The notes under the pieces: generated by a model
Databases searched by the model: none
The model's input: only the letters and a program-made list of their open reading frames with translations
What the model was told of the DNA's origin: nothing
Position numbers and translations under genes: made by a program
In this document: positions 28,090 through 32,000 of the stretch, in pieces
Numbering within the stretch: position 1 is the stretch's first letter
Layout of the letters: each line of letters begins with the position of its first letter
Assembly (NCBI RefSeq): GCF_000017305.1
Contig: NC_009664.2
Span: 270,001 to 302,000, forward strand
Direction of reading: 5' to 3'
DNA length: 32,000 nt
From: Kineococcus radiotolerans SRS30216 = ATCC BAA-149
GTDB lineage: Bacteria > Actinomycetota > Actinomycetes > Actinomycetales > Kineococcaceae

Positions 28090-28394
28090 CCCCGGACCAC
28101 CGCCGCGACGGCGCGGCGAGGGGCCCGCGGCACCTCCGCGACACCGCCGCGACAGGCTCGCGACGTGCCCGGGACGCGGGCACCCCGTCGGCTACGGTGG
28201 CCCCCTCTCCGAAGGGATCCCCGGCATGTCCTCCAGCGCCACCGCCCCCACCGCCGCGCGCGTCGCTCCCCCGCCGCGGCGTCGCGGCGGTCCGCCGGGA
28301 CCCCCCGCCGAGCCGGCCACCGCCGCGCACCCCTGACCCGCCCCCGCACGGTCCTCCCCACGGCCTCCTCCCCCGCAGCCCAGGAGCTCGCACG

Positions 28395-30044
28395 ATGCGC
28401 CCCACCCCCTGGACCGTCCGCCCCGTCCCCACCGTCTGGCTGGACGCCACCACCGGTCAGGGCGTCACCGACTCCGGCGCTCGCGTCACCCCCCGGCTCA
28501 CCGGCCGCCGGAAGCGGCCCACGCTGGTGGACCTGCTGGACACCGCCCACAACCTCTCCGCCGAGCGCATCATGCTCACCGGCAAGCTCCCCACCGCCGA
28601 ACCCGGCCGCCCGCACTGGCTCATCGCCGAGACCCCCTCGTGGACCTCCCCGGGGCACTGGCTCGGCTCCCCGCCCACCGGGCGCTTCACCCACGACGTC
28701 ACCGGCCGCCACCTGGAGGTCCGCACCGCCGCGGAGTGGTTCCCCGTCGAGGGCCTCACCCCCGACCAGGCCCGGCAGGCGTGGGTGACGACCACCGAGG
28801 CGGTCAAGGGGGTGGAAGACATGGAGCTGCTGAAGTCCCCCGCCGCGACCGGCGCGCAACTGTGGGCCCGTTCCCTGCCCCGCACCCTCGACCCCGAACC
28901 GCTGCCCGACGACGTCGCCGAACTGCTGCACCGCACCTCGGGGCAGCACCGCATCGAGCACCTCACCACCGGACCCGCCGCCTGCGGGTGCGGGGCGTGC
29001 CGGCCGCTGGTGGACCTGGGGGCGACCCCCCGCGGGGGGTTCGCCTACGTCGACGGGCGGTTCATGTACGCCTCGCTGTGCCGCGAGCTGGGCAGCGGGC
29101 CGGTCACCCGCCTCACCGCCGCCCAGGGCCAGGAGCTGCTGGAGACCGACCCCTACGCCCGGGCCCGGTACCGGGTCCGCTTCACCGTCCCGGAGTGGTG
29201 GGACCACGTCGGGGTCCTGCCCGTCGCGCACGAGACCGTCGACGCCGGCTGGCACTACCCCAACGTGCCCGGCGCGAGCGCGGAGACGTGGGCCGACGGG
29301 GTCGAGGCGAAGATCGCCCACGACAACGGCTGGGACGTGCAGGTCCTGGAGGGCCTGCGGTTCACCAGGGGCCGACTGCTGGACACCTGGGCGGACCGCC
29401 TCAAGCGGGCCCGCGAGCGCCTGGCCGGCCACGCCGAGCTGGACCCGGTGGTGCGCTCGGCGGCCGTGGCCGCGGTCCGCGGCATCCTCATCCAGGGCAT
29501 CGGCGCGTTCGCCTCCCGGGGCCGGGAGACGACGCGGGTGGTGTGGTCGGCGCGCGAGGTCCCCCCGGAGGCGGCGTCGACGGTGGTGCGGCACGGGGAG
29601 GCGTTCGTGTACCGCCTCCCCAGCCGGCAGCCCGGCGGGCAGGCCGCGGCCCTGTACCGCCCGGAACTGGCCGCGCAGGTGTGGGCGCGCGGCCGGGCCC
29701 GGGTGCTGGAGTGCCCCGCGGCCCTCCCCCACCGCCCGGGGGCGCCGCGCCCGGTGGTGGGGGCGCTGCAGGTGGACCCCGCGCAGCTGCTGGCCGTCAA
29801 CGGCGACGCGATCTACACCACCGCCGTGCCCGCGTGGTCGCTGCCCACCGCCCACGGCGGCGGCGACGACGGCGCCGTGGGGCGGATGCGCCTGCAGGGG
29901 TGGCTGGGCTCGGTGAAGCTGCCCGCCACCGCCGCCGAGCGCAACGCGCTGCGGGGGAAGGCGGAGGCCGCGGGGATCGCGGAGGCCCTGGCGGCCGCGG
30001 GCGCGCCGCAGGCCGGCCCGGAGCAGGAGCGGGCGCGTGCCTGA
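28395..30044 (+). CDS. Hypothetical 549-aa protein; by-eye homologue of phi29-type (protein-primed) family B DNA polymerases with substituted catalytic motifs
   Basis: The ATG at 28395 has AGGAG 8 nt upstream. GC3 is about the host level. Motif-like strings occur in PolB order: VWLDATT, AHNLSAERIML, FAYVDGRFMYASL, EGLRFTRGRLLDTWADRL, AVRGILIQGIGAFAS, QVWARGR and LAVNGDAIYT. The confidence value refers to this being a real CDS; I would put the functional call at about 0.45. Confidence 0.8.
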   Translation: MRPTPWTVRPVPTVWLDATTGQGVTDSGARVTPRLTGRRKRPTLVDLLDTAHNLSAERIMLTGKLPTAEPGRPHWLIAETPSWTSPGHWLGSPPTGRFTHDVTGRHLEVRTAAEWFPVEGLTPDQARQAWVTTTEAVKGVEDMELLKSPAATGAQLWARSLPRTLDPEPLPDDVAELLHRTSGQHRIEHLTTGPAACGCGACRPLVDLGATPRGGFAYVDGRFMYASLCRELGSGPVTRLTAAQGQELLETDPYARARYRVRFTVPEWWDHVGVLPVAHETVDAGWHYPNVPGASAETWADGVEAKIAHDNGWDVQVLEGLRFTRGRLLDTWADRLKRARERLAGHAELDPVVRSAAVAAVRGILIQGIGAFASRGRETTRVVWSAREVPPEAASTVVRHGEAFVYRLPSRQPGGQAAALYRPELAAQVWARGRARVLECPAALPHRPGAPRPVVGALQVDPAQLLAVNGDAIYTTAVPAWSLPTAHGGGDDGAVGRMRLQGWLGSVKLPATAAERNALRGKAEAAGIAEALAAAGAPQAGPEQERARA

Positions 30045-30774
30045 GGATCCCCCCGCCCCCCGCAGCGCGGCGGACCTCGTCGCCGAGCTGCGCGCCTACG
30101 GCATGAGCGTGGCCGAGATCGCCCACGAGCTGCAGCGTTCCCCGCGGATGGTGCACAAGATCGTCCGGGGGGAGAGCAGCGGCCGGCTGTACGTGCCGAC
30201 GCTGACCGAGCTGGTGGAGACCGGGCAGGCCCGCAGCCGCCCCCCGCGCCGCCGCGGCCGCGACGGCGAACCGGTCCGCGTGCGGGCGCCCCGCGGCGCG
30301 GCAGCGCCGACGCGGGTGCCCGACGTCGACGACGAGCAGCCCGCCCCCGCCGGGGCCGGTCCCGCGGCGAGCCCCGGGGCGGGCCGCTCCGCGGGGGGAC
30401 GCAGCCGGTTCAGCGACAGCACCGCCTACCTGCCCGGCGGGGTCCGTCAGCACACCGTCACCGGGCCCCGTTCGGAGGGGCCGGGGCGCGAGCGGACCCG
30501 CCAGCGCCTCATGGACGTGCTGCGCGGCGCCGCGCGCGGTCAGCGCCACGGCCGCAAGAACGTCCGGTTCCGGGTCACCCTGCGCGACGGGACGTCGGTG
30601 GAGGTCGGGTCCAAGGGCGGGTACTCGGTGTCGGCCGCCCTGGCCCGTTCGCGCGGTGAGGGCGACGACCCGCTGCGCTGGCTGCGCGAGGAGATCGCCG
30701 AGCGCAGCTACGTGCAGGCGCAGCTGCGGGCGAAGCAGCTGGACATCGTGGGCGTGGAGGCGACGATCTTCTGA
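30037..30774 (+). CDS. Hypothetical 245-aa protein with an N-terminal HTH, an Arg/Pro/Gly-rich linker and a C-terminal domain
   Basis: The GTG at 30037 overlaps the upstream stop by 8 nt (GTGCCTGA). GC3 is above 90%. The HTH-like segment is DLVAELRAYGMSVAEIAHELQRSPRMVHKIV. The C-terminus is KNVRFRVTLRDGTSVEVGSKGGYSVSAALARS...DIVGVEATIF. Confidence 0.7.
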   Translation: MPEDPPAPRSAADLVAELRAYGMSVAEIAHELQRSPRMVHKIVRGESSGRLYVPTLTELVETGQARSRPPRRRGRDGEPVRVRAPRGAAAPTRVPDVDDEQPAPAGAGPAASPGAGRSAGGRSRFSDSTAYLPGGVRQHTVTGPRSEGPGRERTRQRLMDVLRGAARGQRHGRKNVRFRVTLRDGTSVEVGSKGGYSVSAALARSRGEGDDPLRWLREEIAERSYVQAQLRAKQLDIVGVEATIF

Positions 30775-30782
30775 GCGCCCGG

Positions 30783-30801
30783 CCGCGGGGCGTCCCCGCG
30801 G
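30783..30801 (+). terminator. Hairpin CCGCGGGG-cgt-CCCCGCGG, 9 nt after the 30774 stop
   Basis: It has a perfect 8-bp stem and the same arms as the palindrome at 1080-1096. Confidence 0.4.
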
Positions 30802-30884
30802 GTGGTCCTCGTGCTCGTGGTCACCTCGCGCCCACCCGGTGTGCGACGATCGTCACCAGAACTCCTCGAGCGAACAGGACTGGC

Positions 30885-31355
30885 ATGGCCACCACGAGGC
30901 GCACCCAGTGCGCCAACAAGATGCCCTGGCCCGCCGGCAACCACCGGAGCCTCGACCGCTTCCTCGACGACGCCGAGCGCGCGGGCGTCCTCGACACGAT
31001 CGCGAACCACCCCGGGGCCGCGACCACCCTGGCCCTTCCCCCGCACGGCCTCGACGCCGCCACCGTGGGCACCGTCCTGCGCCACGCGGACTCCCGCGAG
31101 CAGGGCCTGGCCTTCCCCCTGGGCTGGCAGCTGTGGCAGCAGGAGGTGGGCGACCAGTACCCCGACCGCGCCGCCGCCGCCGAGGGCTTCGCCGAGTTCA
31201 CCCAGGAGCTCACCGGCGACCACTGGGAGAGCGGCGAGGGGACTCCCGCCGAGGAGCTGCTCGCCGGCTTCATCAACGCCGCCGTGGCCGCGCGGGCCGA
31301 GGGCACCAGCACCCGCGACGCCCTGGACGCGCTCACCGGCACCACCTCGGAGTAG
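30885..31355 (+). CDS. Hypothetical acidic 156-aa protein
   Basis: The ORF is in the track and GC3 is about 98% in this frame. I recognise no family. Confidence 0.7.
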   Translation: MATTRRTQCANKMPWPAGNHRSLDRFLDDAERAGVLDTIANHPGAATTLALPPHGLDAATVGTVLRHADSREQGLAFPLGWQLWQQEVGDQYPDRAAAAEGFAEFTQELTGDHWESGEGTPAEELLAGFINAAVAARAEGTSTRDALDALTGTTSE

Positions 31356-31365
31356 CACCTCCCCC

Positions 31366-31400
31366 GCCGACGGGCCGGGCCCCGCGCTCAGCCCGTCGGC
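31366..31400. terminator. Hairpin between convergent genes, overlapping the doc-like stop codon
   Basis: GCCGACGGGC pairs with GCCCGTCGGC across 15 nt, giving a 10-bp perfect stem. Confidence 0.4.
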
Positions 31401-31813
31401 GGCAGCGGGCCCCGCCAGGGCTCGCCCAGGGTGATCTGGCGCAGGTGCAGGGCGATGACGTCGACGTCGTCGAGGCCGTTCTCGACCAGCCCCACCAGCC
31501 GCTGCCCGTACTCCGCGTCCGGCTGCACCGTCCTGACCCCGTTGCGGTCCAGCGCGGCCAGGGCCACGAACAACCCGATGCCGGGGTTGAGGGCACCCGC
31601 GAAGGGTCGCGTCGTCACGATGGCGTGCATGAGGGCCGCCGCCTGCTCGTGCTCCCCGCGGTAGATCCGCTCGCCGTCGACGTCCAGGGAGGGCCGCAGC
31701 GCCGCGGCGGCCAGGGCTCCCACGTCGCGGATCACGACGGGTCCCTCCGCCAGCCAGTCCGCCAGCTCGCTGATCTGCGCGACGCTCAGGAAACGGGGGT
31801 GCTCCGGGATCAC
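31388..31813 (-). CDS. Doc/Fic-family (death-on-curing-like) toxin homologue with a degenerate Fic motif
   Basis: ..FLSVAQISELA......AAALMHAIVTTRPFAGALNPGIGLFVALAALDRNGV.. is colinear with P1 Doc (..HIFNDANKRTALNSALLFLRRNGV..). I prefer the GTG at 31813 (GTGA overlap with the antitoxin stop) over the track start at 31834. Confidence 0.75.
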   Translation of the reverse strand: MIPEHPRFLSVAQISELADWLAEGPVVIRDVGALAAAALRPSLDVDGERIYRGEHEQAAALMHAIVTTRPFAGALNPGIGLFVALAALDRNGVRTVQPDAEYGQRLVGLVENGLDDVDVIALHLRQITLGEPWRGPLPPTG

Positions 31814-32000
31814 CGGGAGCGCAGCGCTTCCCACAGGGTGGGGTTGCTGGCCGCGATGCGCTCGGCGATCGTCGCGATCGCCTCCTCCTGCGCGCGGGCG
31901 GACTGCTCCAGCAGCGCCTCGAAGAGCTTCTGCCGCGAGACCCCGGGGTTGCGGCGCCGCAGGTCCTCCAGCATGCGCTCGTGGTCCCCGGAGAGGCGGA
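31810..32000 (-). CDS. Ribbon-helix-helix-type antitoxin (5' end outside the window)
   Basis: I translated the minus strand by hand: ..LSGDHERMLEDLRRRNPGVSRQKLFEALLEQSARAQEEAIATIAERIAASNPTLWEALRSR*. This is an RHH-like strand-helix-helix followed by a tail. The stop overlaps the doc-like start. Confidence 0.6.
   Translation of the reverse strand, partial: RLSGDHERMLEDLRRRNPGVSRQKLFEALLEQSARAQEEAIATIAERIAASNPTLWEALRSR

Noticed and set aside
28098-28165. CACCGCCGCGAC occurs twice and the hexamer CGCGAC four times within about 65 nt upstream of the PolB-like gene, possibly as iterons or an operator array.
   Set aside because: Short GC-only words like these are expected by chance in 74-80% GC DNA. 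The spacing is irregular (32, 12 and 11 nt). I cannot separate this from background without genome-wide statistics.
28226-28336. A 36-codon ORF (MSSSATAPTAARVAPPPRRRGGPPGPPAEPATAAHP) with GAAGGGA 8 nt upstream of its ATG, in the gap before the PolB-like gene.
   Set aside because: It is too short and too low in complexity (Pro/Ala/Arg) to support from sequence alone. GC3 bias is uninformative at this length. It is worth a look in Ribo-seq data only.
25374-30044. A giant 1556-aa plus-strand ORF in the track.
   Set aside because: It is a read-through artefact of a stop-poor high-GC frame. It runs antisense through the beta-lactamase gene, out of frame through the GAF-GAF-MCP gene, and across an intergenic region. 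Only the last 549 codons (from the ATG at 28395, which has an RBS) look like a protein.
28090-32000. The right-hand end as a recently acquired genomic island or prophage.
   Set aside because: I see no shift in GC content or codon bias relative to the rest of the window. I found no integrase, tRNA or flanking direct repeats within the window. Only the gene content (PolB-like gene, TA pair) hints at a mobile ancestry.
1-32000. A search for tRNA, rRNA, CRISPR arrays, IS elements with terminal inverted repeats, and known riboswitch cores.
   Set aside because: I recognised none by eye: no T-loop GGTTCGAATCC-type motifs, no regularly spaced 25-40-nt repeats and no transposase-like ORFs. An Infernal/tRNAscan run would be the decisive check.

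Overview
This is a 32-kb, roughly 74% GC, gene-dense segment that looks like an Actinomycetota chromosome. True reading frames have more than 90% G/C at third codon positions. Most of the very long ORFs in the six-frame track are high-GC shadow or read-through ORFs, not genes. I support 31 CDS plus one gene remnant.

Left to right, the window holds:
- a 3'-truncated MmyB-like regulator
- a four-cistron operon: ABC-ATPase remnant, hypothetical, UBP-type zinc finger, GNAT
- an F420-type NADP oxidoreductase plus a quinone oxidoreductase, divergent from a second MmyB-like regulator and an HTH-less MmyB paralogue
- an amidohydrolase and two SDRs
- a CPA1 Na+/H+ antiporter
- a membrane protein / PadR divergent pair
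- a secreted protein with two tandem domains
- an HSL-type esterase and a CapA lipoprotein
- an LLM monooxygenase plus FMN reductase, then LtrA
- a transmembrane MCP divergent from a GGDEF-EAL protein
- a second LLM paralogue plus MarR
- a class A beta-lactamase lipoprotein
- a soluble GAF-GAF-MCP protein
- a three-gene module of unknown function
- a Doc-like/RHH toxin-antitoxin pair at the right edge

At least seven gene junctions are 4-nt GTGA overlaps, which suggests translational coupling. I found no tRNA, rRNA, CRISPR array, IS element or integrase.

The most interesting signal is at 28.4-31.4 kb. A 549-aa ORF aligns by eye, motif by motif, with phi29-type (protein-primed) family B DNA polymerases, but several catalytic residues are substituted. 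It is followed, with an 8-nt overlap, by a 245-aa HTH protein, and then by a small acidic protein.

The second most interesting signal is a 257-bp, 98.8%-identical direct repeat inside the GAF-GAF-MCP gene. It points to intragenic gene conversion between the two GAF domains.

All homology statements come from reading the translations and from recalled family motifs. No database search was run.
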